Source: Pseudomonadota bacterium
GTDB lineage: Bacteria > Desulfobacterota > Desulfobacteria > Desulfobacterales > RPRI01
Length of the DNA: 64,000 bases
NCBI GenBank assembly: GCA_043825875.1
Contig: JBDRRF010000024.1
Location: 1 to 64,000, forward strand
Reading direction: 5' to 3'
Positions 1 through 13,500 of the stretch are shown here, one piece after another. The notes beneath the pieces are model-generated. The model made no database searches. It was not told the origin of the DNA and saw nothing but the letters and a program-made list of their open reading frames with translations. Each line of letters starts with the position of its first letter. The stretch's first letter is position 1. A program made the position numbers and the translations under genes.

Positions 1-30
1 GGCCAAAATGGGGCGTTTTGAAACTGGCTC
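1..30 (-). mobile_element. 143-bp hairpin MITE, partial copy cut by the window edge
   Basis: GGCCAAAATGGGGCGTTTTGAAACTGGCTC is identical to the ends of the copies at 37859-38001 and 40960-41101. Confidence 0.9.
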
Positions 31-59
31 AAACGGCTTTGTAAAGGGCGGTTGGTAAT

Positions 60-1100
60 ATGAAATTGGGCTGGTTTGGCAGGAAAAAAGAAAAAAATAT
101 ACCGGAAAAAGAAGTAATAAAAGAAACAAAAGAAATAATAAAAGAAACAGCAGATGAACCAAAAAAGGAGAGCGCCGGTTCACAAGAGCCTCAAAAGGGC
201 GGTGTTTTCAAGCGTCTTAAGGAGCGGCTTTCTAAAACCCGTCATAAAATAACCGACGGGATTACAAATATATTTTCAGGCAAAAAAAGTATAGACGATG
301 ATATGCTAGAAGAGCTTGAAGAACTCCTTATAACATCCGATATAGGTGTTCAGACGGCAACCGACCTTATTAACAGCATATCAAAAAAGACTTCTTCAAT
401 ATCTTCACCTGAGCAATTAAATGAGGCCCTCAAGCAGGAAATACTTGCTTTAATAAATAACGGGATTAAAGAACCGCAAACAATAACAGCCAAACCGCTC
501 GTGATTATGGTGGTAGGAGTAAACGGAGTAGGAAAAACCACAACCATTGGAAAACTCGCTTTAAAATATGCGGCTATTGGCAAAAAGGTGCTTATTGTAG
601 CGGCAGATACCTTTCGTGCGGCAGCTGTTGAGCAGCTCACAATCTGGGCAGAAAGGGCGGGTGCTGAAATAGTAAAGCAAATGCATAATGCCGATCCTGC
701 TGCAGTAGCATATGACGGTGTTGAAGCGGCTTTGGCAAGAAACATGGATGTCGTTATTATAGATACCGCCGGAAGGCTTCATACAAAGATAAATCTTATG
801 GAAGAGCTGAAAAAAATCAAACGGTCGGTTTCAAAAAAAATGCCGGGTGCTCCGCATGAAATACTACTTGTGCTTGATGCAACAACCGGTCAGAATGCTT
901 TATCCCAGGCAAAGCTTTTTAATGAAGCAATTGGAGTAACGGGCATTGCGCTTACAAAACTTGATGGAACGGCCAAAGGAGGAATTGTGATTAGCGTATG
1001 TAATTCCTTTCAATTACCGATCCAATATATAGGAATAGGCGAAAGCATCGATGACTTGCAGGATTTTGATCCCCAAAATTTTGTAAATGCTCTGTTTTAA
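60..1100 (+). CDS. ftsY: Signal recognition particle receptor FtsY
   Basis: [25 protein letters not shown] and [10 protein letters not shown] motifs; charged N-terminal region. Confidence 0.97.
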   Translation: MKLGWFGRKKEKNIPEKEVIKETKEIIKETADEPKKESAGSQEPQKGGVFKRLKERLSKTRHKITDGITNIFSGKKSIDDDMLEELEELLITSDIGVQTATDLINSISKKTSSISSPEQLNEALKQEILALINNGIKEPQTITAKPLVIMVVGVNGVGKTTTIGKLALKYAAIGKKVLIVAADTFRAAAVEQLTIWAERAGAEIVKQMHNADPAAVAYDGVEAALARNMDVVIIDTAGRLHTKINLMEELKKIKRSVSKKMPGAPHEILLVLDATTGQNALSQAKLFNEAIGVTGIALTKLDGTAKGGIVISVCNSFQLPIQYIGIGESIDDLQDFDPQNFVNALF

Positions 1101-1317
1101 TCATATCTTATTATTAGCCCGGCACCCCTTGTGGGAGTTGGTGCCCGGGTTTTACAAGTCATATAAATGCCGGCTGGATACAGTTTAAGGGCGTTTTATA
1201 AAAAAAAAGTGCCCAGCATGCTGTTTTTACTTGACATCAAACCTATGCTGCTGTATTTGCCAATACGGGCAAGGATTTTCCATATTAACCAATCAATAAA
1301 ATGGGGGGTAACGTACT

Positions 1318-1584
1318 ATGACAAAAGCAGAATTAGTGGACAAGGCAGCAGAAGATGCCGGTATTACTAAAACCGCGGCAGCAGCTGCACTAAACTCGAT
1401 CATGGACAGTATTGCAAAAACTCTTAAGAAAAAAGACGGCAAAGTTACTCTAGTTGGTTTTGGTACTTTTACAAAAGTCCGCAGGAAAGCCCGCAAAGGC
1501 CGTAATCCTCAAACAGGTGAACCTATTAAAATCAAAGCTTGTACAGTTGTTAAGTTTCGGCCCGGCAAGAAGCTCAGAGAATAA
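1318..1584 (+). CDS. hup: DNA-binding protein HU
   Basis: MTKAELV...GFGTF...RKGRNPQTGEPIKI...FRPGKKL. Confidence 0.95.
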   Translation: MTKAELVDKAAEDAGITKTAAAAALNSIMDSIAKTLKKKDGKVTLVGFGTFTKVRRKARKGRNPQTGEPIKIKACTVVKFRPGKKLRE

Positions 1585-1594
1585 ACTCCACTTT

Positions 1595-1645
1595 AAAGCG
1601 GCTTGTTTTGTTAATTGAAAATTATTAAAACAAGCCGCTTTTTTT
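1595..1645. terminator. Probable bidirectional intrinsic terminator
   Basis: AAAGCGGCTTGTTTT...AAAACAAGCCGCTTTTTT inverted repeat between convergent hup and acylphosphatase genes. Confidence 0.8.
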
Positions 1646-1928
1646 ATCTGTAAATTATATCAAAACCTCTAAATTCACCTGTATATTCTTTTTCACTCAC
1701 ATCCACACGGCTAACCTTTGAAAGGGATGGGCCTTTTTCACACCATCTTACTACAGACTCTACAGCTTTATTTTCTCCTTCAAAAACAGCCTCAACAGTA
1801 CCATCTTTGTTGTTTTTTACCCATCCTGAAACATTATAATTGTCTGCCACCCTTTTAGTTTCCATCCTGAAACAAACACCCTGAACTCTTCCGGAAATAA
1901 TGACACCTGTCTTTACTTTATCTGTCAT
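1644..1928 (-). CDS. acyP: Acylphosphatase
   Basis: ISGRVQGVCFR and GWVKNNKDGTVE signatures. Confidence 0.93.
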   Translation of the reverse strand: MTDKVKTGVIISGRVQGVCFRMETKRVADNYNVSGWVKNNKDGTVEAVFEGENKAVESVVRWCEKGPSLSKVSRVDVSEKEYTGEFRGFDIIYR

Positions 1929-2000
1929 ATTTATTATCCTCCATAGGTACCGGCTGATTCATGATATAAACATGGAAAAAGTTTTATACAAATCGCTCTA

Positions 2001-4043
<2,043 letters not shown>

Positions 4044-4307
4044 TTATTTGGGGACGGCAAGTGCTGAGAGCTCATCTTTTACTTCATCAATGATTTCATA
4101 AAACCACATAAGATCTTCTATTGTAAGGCGGCCCGCCTTGCGCTGGCTTTCATTTCCATCTTTTTTAATAAATATTCTTGGGCCTATCTGAAGTTTTGCT
4201 TCACCTTCTCCATAACGATTTATGGAAACAACAAGGCCTGTTTCCTCACATCTCCACTGTTTTAATATTTTGTCCATATCAGGATCAAAAGGCATTTTAT
4301 CCTCCAT
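4044..4307 (-). CDS. Conserved hypothetical protein, possibly PC4-like ssDNA-binding fold
   Basis: Co-oriented between glyS and ligA; beta-strand pattern ending in KAGRLTIEDL plus a helix. Confidence 0.7.
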   Translation of the reverse strand: MEDKMPFDPDMDKILKQWRCEETGLVVSINRYGEGEAKLQIGPRIFIKKDGNESQRKAGRLTIEDLMWFYEIIDEVKDELSALAVPK

Positions 4308-4338
4308 TTGTTTTTATTGTTTGTTTAAAATGTAATTT

Positions 4339-6420
4339 TCACACTTTTGAAAAATCTGCAAATAATGCAAAAAGATCTGAAATAGATCTTAGCAATGCTA
4401 TTCGGTTGTTACGGATATTTTCATCTTCGGCCATTACTAAAACACCATCAAAAAAATCATCAACAGGGTTCTTAAGTGACGCAATATCAAGCAGGGCCTG
4501 GTCATAGAATCCTTTTTCAAGATTATCCGAAACTTTCATTTTTATATCTTTATATGCAGCAAATAAAGCCGATTCACAGTCTTTTTCAAACAGGCTTTCG
4601 TTAACATCACTTTTGCAGTCGGCACTTTTGGGGGCTGATTTTCTGATGATATTAACAACTCTTTTAAATGCGATTGCAAGCTGCTCAAAGTCTGGATCGG
4701 CTTTAAGTTTTTCAAGCGCTTTTGTGCGTTGCCATACATCCGGCACGTGGTTTGCGGAAATATCAACTATTGCCGATATCACATTTTTTGAATAGCCTTC
4801 TTCTGCAAGCAGGTGTGATATACGGCTTTGCAAAAAACTATAGACTTTATCAGCTGTATTACTACCATCTGTGGTGTCTTTAATTTCAAACAGCGAGAGG
4901 CTTTTTTCAATCAGGCTACTTAATGAGAAAGAAAATCCTTTATCAAGCATTATCTGAATTATTCCGATTCCCTGTCTTCTTAATGCATAAGGATCTGAAG
5001 CTCCGGTAGGTATAAGTCCTGCTGAAAAACAGCCGCAAATCGAATCCATCTTATCTGCTATTGCTACTATTGCACCAATTGTAGTTTCCGGAAGCTTTCC
5101 GCCTGAATATGCAGGCCTGTAATGTTCTTCAATAGCAATAGCCACATTATTTTCTTCCCCTGCCTTTACAGCATATATTCTTCCCATGATACCCTGAAGT
5201 TTTGGAAATTCGCCTACTATGTGGCTGACCAGATCAGCTTTGCATAGCCTGGCAGCTCTTACTGTTTGCTTTTTTAATAGCGGGTCATCAGATATCTCAT
5301 CGGCAAGATATTGGCCTAATTTTTCAATTCTTTGGGTTTTGTCATACATAGTGCCGAGTTTTGCCTGAAAAAGAACGCCTTTTAGTTTTTCAACCCAGTC
5401 ATCGGGAGAAATTTTAATATCGCTTTTGTAAAAAAACCGGGCGTCTTCTAAGCGGGCTCTTAAAACTCTTTCATGGCCTTTAGCGACTATCTGCATATTT
5501 TTTGCCTGTGTATTATTGACGGCAATAAAATTTGGCAGAAGCCTGTTATTGGTATCAATTACTGCGAAATACTTCTGATGTTCGCGCATTGAATTTATCA
5601 GGACCTCATCCGGCACTTCAAGATAAGATCTGTCAAAGCTTCCGGCAACTGCTGCGGGATACTCAACAAGGTTAGTGACAATATCCACAAGTTCATCATC
5701 GCATAAAACATTACCATCAAGGTTTTTTGCAATTTCTGCGATCTGTTTTTTAATATCAGCTTTTCTTTCATTGATGTCTGCAAGTACGAAGGCGTCTTTT
5801 AATTTATTGATATATTCATCCGGATCAGATAATCTTATTTTGTCGTGAGATAAAAAACGATGGCCGAAAGTATTTCTTGAACTCTTGATATTACCAATCT
5901 CAAAAGAGATAACCTGCTCGCCTAAAAGAGCGACAATAGACTGAATGGGTCTTGCAAATTTGATATCAAGATCTGCCCATTTCATAACTTTTGGAAAAGG
6001 AATTTGTAAAATAATTTGTGGAAGTATTTTTTTTAAAACAGATTTGGTTTTGATTCCGGATTCTGTTTTGACTGCACAAAGATAAGACCCTTTTTCAGTT
6101 TGCTTTACGCTGATTGCTTTTACGCTGATATTCATTTTTTCTGCAAATTTTTTGCCGGCCATTGTAAGCTGACCGTTTTCATCGAATCCTATTTTTTCCG
6201 GAGGCCCGGTAATTTCTGTAGTAAGAGAATCCTGTTTTGCAGAAACATCATAAACAAATATTGAAAGTCTTCTCGGAGTTCCAAATGTTTTTAATTTGCC
6301 ATGTTTGATTCTTTCTTCGGTCAGTTTTTGTGCAAGAATAGCAGAAAGTGCGCTAAGCGCCGGTTCGATATAGCCTGCAGGAATTTCTTCCATTCCAATT
6401 TCAAGTAACAGTGTTTCCAT
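4339..6420 (-). CDS. glyS: Glycyl-tRNA synthetase beta subunit
   Basis: LLLEIGMEEIP, GTPRRL, HQKYF, EFPKLQGIMG, DPYALRR. Confidence 0.97.
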   Translation of the reverse strand: METLLLEIGMEEIPAGYIEPALSALSAILAQKLTEERIKHGKLKTFGTPRRLSIFVYDVSAKQDSLTTEITGPPEKIGFDENGQLTMAGKKFAEKMNISVKAISVKQTEKGSYLCAVKTESGIKTKSVLKKILPQIILQIPFPKVMKWADLDIKFARPIQSIVALLGEQVISFEIGNIKSSRNTFGHRFLSHDKIRLSDPDEYINKLKDAFVLADINERKADIKKQIAEIAKNLDGNVLCDDELVDIVTNLVEYPAAVAGSFDRSYLEVPDEVLINSMREHQKYFAVIDTNNRLLPNFIAVNNTQAKNMQIVAKGHERVLRARLEDARFFYKSDIKISPDDWVEKLKGVLFQAKLGTMYDKTQRIEKLGQYLADEISDDPLLKKQTVRAARLCKADLVSHIVGEFPKLQGIMGRIYAVKAGEENNVAIAIEEHYRPAYSGGKLPETTIGAIVAIADKMDSICGCFSAGLIPTGASDPYALRRQGIGIIQIMLDKGFSFSLSSLIEKSLSLFEIKDTTDGSNTADKVYSFLQSRISHLLAEEGYSKNVISAIVDISANHVPDVWQRTKALEKLKADPDFEQLAIAFKRVVNIIRKSAPKSADCKSDVNESLFEKDCESALFAAYKDIKMKVSDNLEKGFYDQALLDIASLKNPVDDFFDGVLVMAEDENIRNNRIALLRSISDLFALFADFSKV

Positions 6421-6490
6421 TTTTACCTCGGTTTACCAAAAACTATAAATATTAAAGACTCATTATGAGCCTGTAAAAAATTTGCAATTA

Positions 6491-7360
6491 TTATTTTTTA
6501 AGCAAAGGAAAACCCATGGCTTCTCTTTGCTTTAAGTATTCTTCAGCACATGCCCTCGCAAGGTTTCTGATCCTTGCTATGTAACCGGTTCTTTCCGTAA
6601 CACTGATTGCTCCGCGGGCGTCAAGAAGGTTAAAGGTATGTGAACATTTCAGACAGTATTCATAGGCAGGAATAACAAGTGATTCTTTAATTATTTTTAA
6701 AGATTCCGCTTCATACTGGGCAAAAAGATTGTGCAGAAAATTAATATCGGCTTTTTCGAAATTATAAGTCGATTGCTCCACTTCCTGATGATGATAAATA
6801 TCTCCATAACTGATAGAATCATTCCATTTAAGGTTATAGACATTATCAACTTCTTGCAAATACATTGCTATCCTTTCCAGCCCATATGTAATTTCAACAG
6901 AGATCGGATGAAGATCTATGCTTCCTGCTATCTGAAAATATGTAAACTGAGTTATTTCCATTCCATCCAGCCATACTTCCCATCCAAGGCCTGAAGCGCC
7001 GAGGGTAGGAGATTCCCAGTCGTCTTCAACAAATCTTATGTCATGATCAAGTGGGTTTATGCCAAGGGCTTTTAAACTCATAAGATACTGCTGTTGAACA
7101 TCAGAAGGAGAAGGCTTGAGTATTACCTGATACTGATAGTAATGTTGAAGTCTGTTTGGGTTTTCCCCGTACCGGCCGTCGGTTGGGCGCCTGGAAGGTT
7201 GAACATAGGCAGCATTCCATGGCTCCGGTCCCAAAGATTTTAATAAAGTGGCAGGATGAAAAGTCCCCGCACCCACTTCCAAATCATATGATTGTATAAG
7301 TGCACAGCCCTTGCGTGACCAGAATTTTTGCAAAGACAGAATTATATCTTGAAAATTCAT
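6491..7360 (-). CDS. glyQ: Glycyl-tRNA synthetase alpha subunit
   Basis: [36 protein letters not shown]. Confidence 0.98.
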   Translation of the reverse strand: MNFQDIILSLQKFWSRKGCALIQSYDLEVGAGTFHPATLLKSLGPEPWNAAYVQPSRRPTDGRYGENPNRLQHYYQYQVILKPSPSDVQQQYLMSLKALGINPLDHDIRFVEDDWESPTLGASGLGWEVWLDGMEITQFTYFQIAGSIDLHPISVEITYGLERIAMYLQEVDNVYNLKWNDSISYGDIYHHQEVEQSTYNFEKADINFLHNLFAQYEAESLKIIKESLVIPAYEYCLKCSHTFNLLDARGAISVTERTGYIARIRNLARACAEEYLKQREAMGFPLLKK

Positions 7361-7376
7361 ATTTTTTTACCTCTTA

Positions 7377-8429
7377 TTAGTTTATCAGCAAACCTTCCGG
7401 ATCCGGCTCAATATCGAGTAAGCATGCTTCTTTTCTTTGCGAAAGGACGGACTCCCATTTAGGTTTTAATTTTTCAATATCGGAAATTTCCCCTATAGCC
7501 CATATACAGCCTCCGCCTCCGGCACCTGTAAATCTTGCTCCACAGTTATTGCTTACAGCTGCTTTAGCAAGCTTGCGGCCGATATCATCTAAAACATCCG
7601 GCGTCATTTTTTTTCTTATAGCAGTCTCTTTATTCATAAGTAAAGCAGCATCATGAAATTTATAATTTGATAATGCGTCAACAAAACTATTTGTGCATGC
7701 CACTATCTCATCCCATAGATTTCGGTATTTGCCGGAAACAAACTGATTAACCCAAATGCTGTTTATGTTTTTTGATTCATGAGGAATACCGCAATAGGCT
7801 AAAAGCAGATTCTTTTTGAAATCTTTGAAAAATTTCTTGTTAAATATACTCCTTTTTTTATAAGGAGCCCCATCTGACCCATCTTTCCAATACCATGCAT
7901 TAATGCCTCCGAAAGCTGCTGCAAGTTGATCCTGCAAACCGCATGGTACACCGGCAACGCTTTGTTCGATTGAATGCGCAAGCAGAACAATTTGCTGCTT
8001 TGACAAAGGTTTTTTGCCTGTTTTTGCCTGTAATCTTGAAAGTACTGCTATAAGGGCCACGGCAGCAGATGATGATCCTCCTAAAGCACTTCTTGGGGGA
8101 GATGAAGAATTAATTGAAATATGGACTCCGTCCGCTCTGAAAAATGATGCAATCGCAAACATAAGCCCAAGCGGGTGGTTGAAAGGTGCTTTTTCAATAG
8201 GAAATACTGCGCTTTTAAAACCCCTGGAAGAAACTTTTATCTTTCCTTTGTCAAATGGATGAAGATGCACTCTGGTTCTTAAATTGACAGCAATATTAAA
8301 TGTGCATGGGTTAAGATGCATCAGAGGATAATGAAATGTACTTATATCTAAAGTTCCGCCCATATCAATACGGCAGGGCACCGAAGCTTCGGCATGTTCC
8401 GATTTTAATAGTTTGGTAAAATTATTCAT
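7377..8429 (-). CDS. GHMP-family sugar kinase (HddA/galactokinase-like)
   Basis: PCRIDMGGTLD, PPRSALGGSSS, GLQDQ, GARFTGAGGGG. Confidence 0.85.
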   Translation of the reverse strand: MNNFTKLLKSEHAEASVPCRIDMGGTLDISTFHYPLMHLNPCTFNIAVNLRTRVHLHPFDKGKIKVSSRGFKSAVFPIEKAPFNHPLGLMFAIASFFRADGVHISINSSSPPRSALGGSSSAAVALIAVLSRLQAKTGKKPLSKQQIVLLAHSIEQSVAGVPCGLQDQLAAAFGGINAWYWKDGSDGAPYKKRSIFNKKFFKDFKKNLLLAYCGIPHESKNINSIWVNQFVSGKYRNLWDEIVACTNSFVDALSNYKFHDAALLMNKETAIRKKMTPDVLDDIGRKLAKAAVSNNCGARFTGAGGGGCIWAIGEISDIEKLKPKWESVLSQRKEACLLDIEPDPEGLLIN

Positions 8430-9195
8430 CTTTTTTCCTGATCTGTTTCAAAAACTTAAAGCTTTGCAGCTCTTTTCCAAGATGATAGGCTGTATATGAC
8501 TCCAGAAGATCCAATCCCTCTTTTACAGCAGGAGAAGTAAAACGTATTTTTGAGGCCTTGGATAAATCGCCGCTTTCAATCCATAGGAGCCGTTTGATTG
8601 TCCCTTTGGAAAGAAAGAGCCGGTTAACAGATGCTCCGGCACATTTTTGACATACAATTCCACCTTTTGAAATGTCAAAGGCAACACGATCTTCTTTTAT
8701 GTTGTCTATTTCAAGGCGGCACTTCATACACAAGGATAAATCAGGGCAAATACCAGCTATAACAACAAATCTCATCTGGAAGATAATGCTTATTATTTCT
8801 TCCGGTATCAAGCAGTTATCAAGTTGCTCAAAAATAAAATGTAACAGGAGGTAAAGATTGTCCTGTTTTGCTCCTGCTTCTGTCCACACATTTATTATTT
8901 CAGCAAAATAACTCGCATATGCGGTTTTTTTTAAGTTTCCCCTTATACCGGAAAAGGAATCAATAAGATTTGCCTCCTGCAAAACCATAAGATCTCTGTC
9001 TTTTGAAGAACTGCATACAATTTCTAAAAGCGAAAACAATTCAAGAATTCCGCCGAAACGTTTTGCACTCTTTTTTGCAGATTTTGCAATTGCAGATATT
9101 TTGCCTTTTTTTAATGAGAAGAAAGTTAATATTAAATCATAGTCTCCAAAATCTACACGCCGAAGAACTATTGCAGGCAATGTGAAATTTGGCAT
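8422..9195 (-). CDS. recO: DNA repair protein RecO
   Basis: AIVLRRVDFGDYDLILTFFS...GKISAIAKSAKKS; CxxC...CxxC; upstream of glyQS. Confidence 0.93.
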   Translation of the reverse strand: MPNFTLPAIVLRRVDFGDYDLILTFFSLKKGKISAIAKSAKKSAKRFGGILELFSLLEIVCSSSKDRDLMVLQEANLIDSFSGIRGNLKKTAYASYFAEIINVWTEAGAKQDNLYLLLHFIFEQLDNCLIPEEIISIIFQMRFVVIAGICPDLSLCMKCRLEIDNIKEDRVAFDISKGGIVCQKCAGASVNRLFLSKGTIKRLLWIESGDLSKASKIRFTSPAVKEGLDLLESYTAYHLGKELQSFKFLKQIRKKDE

Positions 9196-9242
9196 CTATT
9201 TATAATCCTGGTATGGCTTTAAAAAATGAAGTATACTCACTT

Positions 9243-9385
9243 GAGCCAGTTTCAAAACGTCCCATTTTGGCCGATCTCTGCGTTGGGTGAACAATTTTAA
9301 TCCTCGAAATACTCCATGTATTCCTGCGGTTAAAATTTTCACCCGCCTTGACCTTGACCAAACTGAAAAGTTTTGAAAGTGGCTC
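9243..9385 (+). mobile_element. 143-bp hairpin MITE (diverged copy)
   Basis: Terminal inverted repeats GAGCCAGTTTCAAAA...TTTTGAAAGTGGCTC; flanks ACTT/ACTC (imperfect target duplication). Confidence 0.88.
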
Positions 9386-9456
9386 ACTCAGCTATTTTTT
9401 GATATATCAGCAAAAAGTTATGATTTGGATGGCGAAGAAACAAAGCTTCACGATAC

Positions 9457-10455
9457 CTATTTAATAATCTTGATATAAGACTTTTGCCTTAGTTCTTCTA
9501 CCCATAGTTTGAATTTTTCATTGGTGGCATCATTATAAAGTATCACCTGAATTTCGGAGGTAGCTTCATCAAGTGACTTGCCAGGCTTTGTTTTAATCTC
9601 CTCTATGTAGATAATTTGGTACCCCAGATCAGTTTCAAGTACTTTGCTAAATTCTTTTTGTTTAAGGTCTTTTATCGCATCCTGTATTTGTTGTGATAAT
9701 TCATTAAATTCAAATGTTCCCAAATCCGAACTTTCAATACCGTATAATTCTGCATAATCTTTGTCAATTTCTTCAACTAACTGTCCTTCAGTTAGTTTTG
9801 CATATATGGTTTCCATTATTGACAAGGCTTTTATTTTATTATCATTATCGGCATTGGAATCCAATCTGTTTATTATATTAAAAAGATGATATACTGCTTG
9901 CGGCATATAATCGCTCTTATGACTTTCATAATATGCTTTAACTTCGTCTCTTGTAATTACTATCCTTGATTTAACTTCAATATCAAGAATTTTTGCTCTG
10001 AGAATATTCTGCTTTATTTTATCGCTGAATTCATTAAACGTCAGTCCATCTTTAGCTACCATGCTCCTTAACTCTTCGTCAGTTAAGTGCTTGGACTCTT
10101 TAATACGCTCTAAGGTATTGCCAAGCTCTTTATCAGTTACCGAAAGATCGTATTTTTTAGCTTGCTGATCGGTAAGCGTCTGGTCAATAAGCTGATTTAA
10201 AACATCTTCCCGCATTTTAAAAAGCATTTCGCGCTCTTGGTCTTCAGGATAACCAAATGACCGTATTTTTTCAGTATAGGCTTTGGTGGTTTCTGTAAGA
10301 TCACTAAGTGTAATCAACTCATTATTAACCACGGCAACAATTCTGTCCACCACTTCGGCGCTGCATTGGCCTTTGTAAATTAAAATACCCGGCATCACTA
10401 TCATAATAAAAATTATAACTATAGTGTTTGTGCATGTCTTAAATTTGCTTTTCAT
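9457..10455 (-). CDS. surA: SurA-family periplasmic chaperone/PPIase
   Basis: Signal peptide; VVDRIVAVVNNELITLSDL; parvulin-like DLG...ETDLGYQI; downstream of mfd. Confidence 0.88.
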   Translation of the reverse strand: MKSKFKTCTNTIVIIFIMIVMPGILIYKGQCSAEVVDRIVAVVNNELITLSDLTETTKAYTEKIRSFGYPEDQEREMLFKMREDVLNQLIDQTLTDQQAKKYDLSVTDKELGNTLERIKESKHLTDEELRSMVAKDGLTFNEFSDKIKQNILRAKILDIEVKSRIVITRDEVKAYYESHKSDYMPQAVYHLFNIINRLDSNADNDNKIKALSIMETIYAKLTEGQLVEEIDKDYAELYGIESSDLGTFEFNELSQQIQDAIKDLKQKEFSKVLETDLGYQIIYIEEIKTKPGKSLDEATSEIQVILYNDATNEKFKLWVEELRQKSYIKIIK

Positions 10456-10538
10456 AAGTATCCGATCGCAATGTAATTTGATGTTATATAATTAAGATGG
10501 ACTTTGCATTAGCCCGCCATTATTTATTGATAGAGAAT

Positions 10539-13500
10539 TCAGCCGTTAACACGTTGGGCAATTTCTTTCAAGATGTTTTTAATCTCACCTATTTGCCTTA
10601 TAAAACTTTGTTTTGACAATTTTACTTTAAGCACATGATCTGGTGTAAATTCGAAACGGTCTTTATTTGCAATAACCATATCGATAAGTTCCGAAGGGTT
10701 TTTTATATATGGTTGCATTGCAAAATACAGTAAAAGCTGACGGTCTTTTAAGTTAAGTCGTTTAACACCTGATTTTTGGGCTAATATTCTGAGCATGATT
10801 TTAATTAAAAGATTGGAAGCTTCCTTAGGCAAAGGCCCGAATCTATCTGCCAGTTCGGCTTTAAAGCCTGATATCTCATTAACTTCTGTCATTTTTGAAA
10901 GACGGCGGTAGGCTGTAAGCCTTTGGTCAATATCGGGTACATAAGTTTCGGAAAGATATGCTGACATTAAAATATTTATTTCCGGCTCCAAAATTTCTTT
11001 TACAGGCTCACCTTTAAGTTCACAAACCGCTTCTTCCATAAGCTTGAGAAACATCTCATATCCAACAGCTGCAATATGTCCTGACTGGGAAGCACCCAGG
11101 ATTGTACCGCCGCCTCTTATTCTTAAATCGCTCATTGCGATCTGGAAACCTGAACCAAGATCGCTGTGTTCCATTAATACTTTCAAGCGTTTTTGGGCAT
11201 CTTTTCCGAGAATGCTGTCTTTCGGGATAAAAAGGTAAGCATAAGCCTGTTCATCAGACCGCCCAACCCTTCCGCGTAACTGATATATCTGTGCCAGCCC
11301 CAGTTTATCCGCTCTGTTAATAATTATAGTATTAGCCGAAGGGATATCAAGTCCTGATTCAATTATTGTGGTGCAAACCAGCATATCAATATCTTTATTT
11401 ACAAATTTGAGCATAACCCTTTCGAGTTCGTCTTCATTAAGTCTGCCGTGTCCGATTCCGATTTTTACTTCAGGAACAAGCTCCTGCAATTTTGTTGCAA
11501 TTTTTTCAATACTAAAAATATTGTTATGTACAAAATATATCTGACCTTTTCTTCCAAGCTCTTTTCTTACAGCTTGGGCAATCAGAGCTTCATCAAATTC
11601 GGAAACATAGGTTATTATAGACTGGCGGTGTTCGGGCGGAGTGGAAATAACACTGATATCACGTATTCCGGTAAGCGACATATGCAATGTTCTTGGAATC
11701 GGTGTGGCTGTCAATGCAAGAACATCAACGTTAGCCCTTAATTTTTTCAGCTTTTCCTTGTGTTTGACGCCGAACCGATGCTCTTCGTCAAGCACAATAA
11801 GCCCTAAATCCTTAAAGACAACATCTTTTTGCAAAAGCCTGTGGGTTCCGATAACAATATCAGCTTTTCCGGATGAAATATCAGATATTATCCTCTTTTG
11901 TTCCTTAGGGGCTCTGAACCTGCTAAGGCATTCAATATTTATCGGATACTTCTCAAACCGGGCAGTAAAAGTTGAATAATGCTGTTCCGCAAGAACTGTG
12001 GTAGGAACAAGTAATGCAACCTGTTTGGCGCAATTGATTGCAAGAAATGAGGCTCTTAATGCCACTTCGGTTTTGCCATATCCGACATCACCGCATACCA
12101 ACCTGTCCATGGGAGTACTGTTTCCCATATCGTTTAAGGCATCGTCAATTGCCTGTAGTTGGTCGGGGGTTTCTTCATATGTGAATCCGGCTTCAAAATC
12201 CTTAAAATAGCTATCCGGATTTTTATATTCAAAACCTTTACTTACTTTTCTCACTGCGTACAATTTAAGAAGTTCTCCGGCAATTTTTTCAGCAGACTTT
12301 TTTGCCCGCTCTTTAACCCTATCCCATGATTTGCCACCCATTTTATCAAGAACAGGTGAAATTTCGTCAACACCCATGTATTTAAAAACCATATTCATTT
12401 TATCAACCGGAAGATAGAGCCTGTCATCATCTTTATATAAAATAAGCAGAAAATCATTTGTAGAACCGTTTAACTTCAGTTTAACAATGCCTTCGAATTT
12501 TCCTATTCCATGCTCGTTATGAACTACAAGATCTCCTTTTTTCAAATCTTCAAAAGCAAGAATTACAGAAGCCGGTCTTTTTGATACATGCTTTTTTAAA
12601 TGATGTTTTGCACCGAAAATTTCATCTTCGGTTATAATTGCCAATGATTCATCAAGATACACAAATCCGGAAGAAATATGTCCAAGACAAATATATGCTT
12701 CCCCTTTTGTAATTAACCTATGGGGGAATTCCTCTTTTATTTGCATTGTGATCCCATATGGGGATAAAAGGGATTTCATTCTTTCGGCCTGAGATGTGGT
12801 GCTGCAAACAATTAAAGTAACACACTTTAAGTTTTTTTTATCATCAATCCATTGTGCAAGGGGTGAAAGGTAGTTTTCTTTTTTAATACGGTTTTTTAGA
12901 TCCAAAATTACAGAATCATTGCTTTTTATAAAATTATCGCATTTTATTGATAAACGATCGTGTCCACTATTACTTAATAACCCTATAGACCTGAAAGTAT
13001 AATACTTTCTTTCATTGATTAATCCGTATATTTTATCCCATGACAGATAGATGCTGTCAGGATCGATACACAAGCTTTGTTCATCGCAGGCAGCAGTATA
13101 ATTATTAAATTCCTTTTCAAACAGTTTGCCTGCTTCTTGTTGAAGTTGTTCCGGTTCATCCATAATGATTATGGAATTTTTGGGAATATAATCAAAAAGA
13201 GAATCAAGCTTTGGATAAATCAGACTGCTTATACCTTCAATCTTTGGAAAAATCCCTTCGGTTTTTATTTTATCGACTATTGCTCTGACTTTTGTAACAG
13301 GAATATTAAGCCCGGAGGCGATTTCTCTGATCCGGCTGATGAAATTGTTTAAATCTTTGTTTTTTATAATTGCTTCTTTAGCAGGAAGAATAACTGCTTC
13401 ACTGACAGCCTTTAAGCTTCTCTGGCTTGATGCTGAAAAAAACCTTATTGATTCTACAATATCACCGGCAAGCTCAATTCTTAAGGGATCGGAATAAAGA

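Noticed and set aside
9196..9387. 63-aa ORF, and similar ORFs at 15823-16059, 15846-16037 and 16017-16229
   Set aside because: They are translations of the 143-bp MITE; frames and lengths differ between copies.
9395..9456. Fragments resembling other repeat families (also 19375-19394, 37804-37823, 51021-51036)
   Set aside because: Too short and degenerate to define boundaries or partners within this window.
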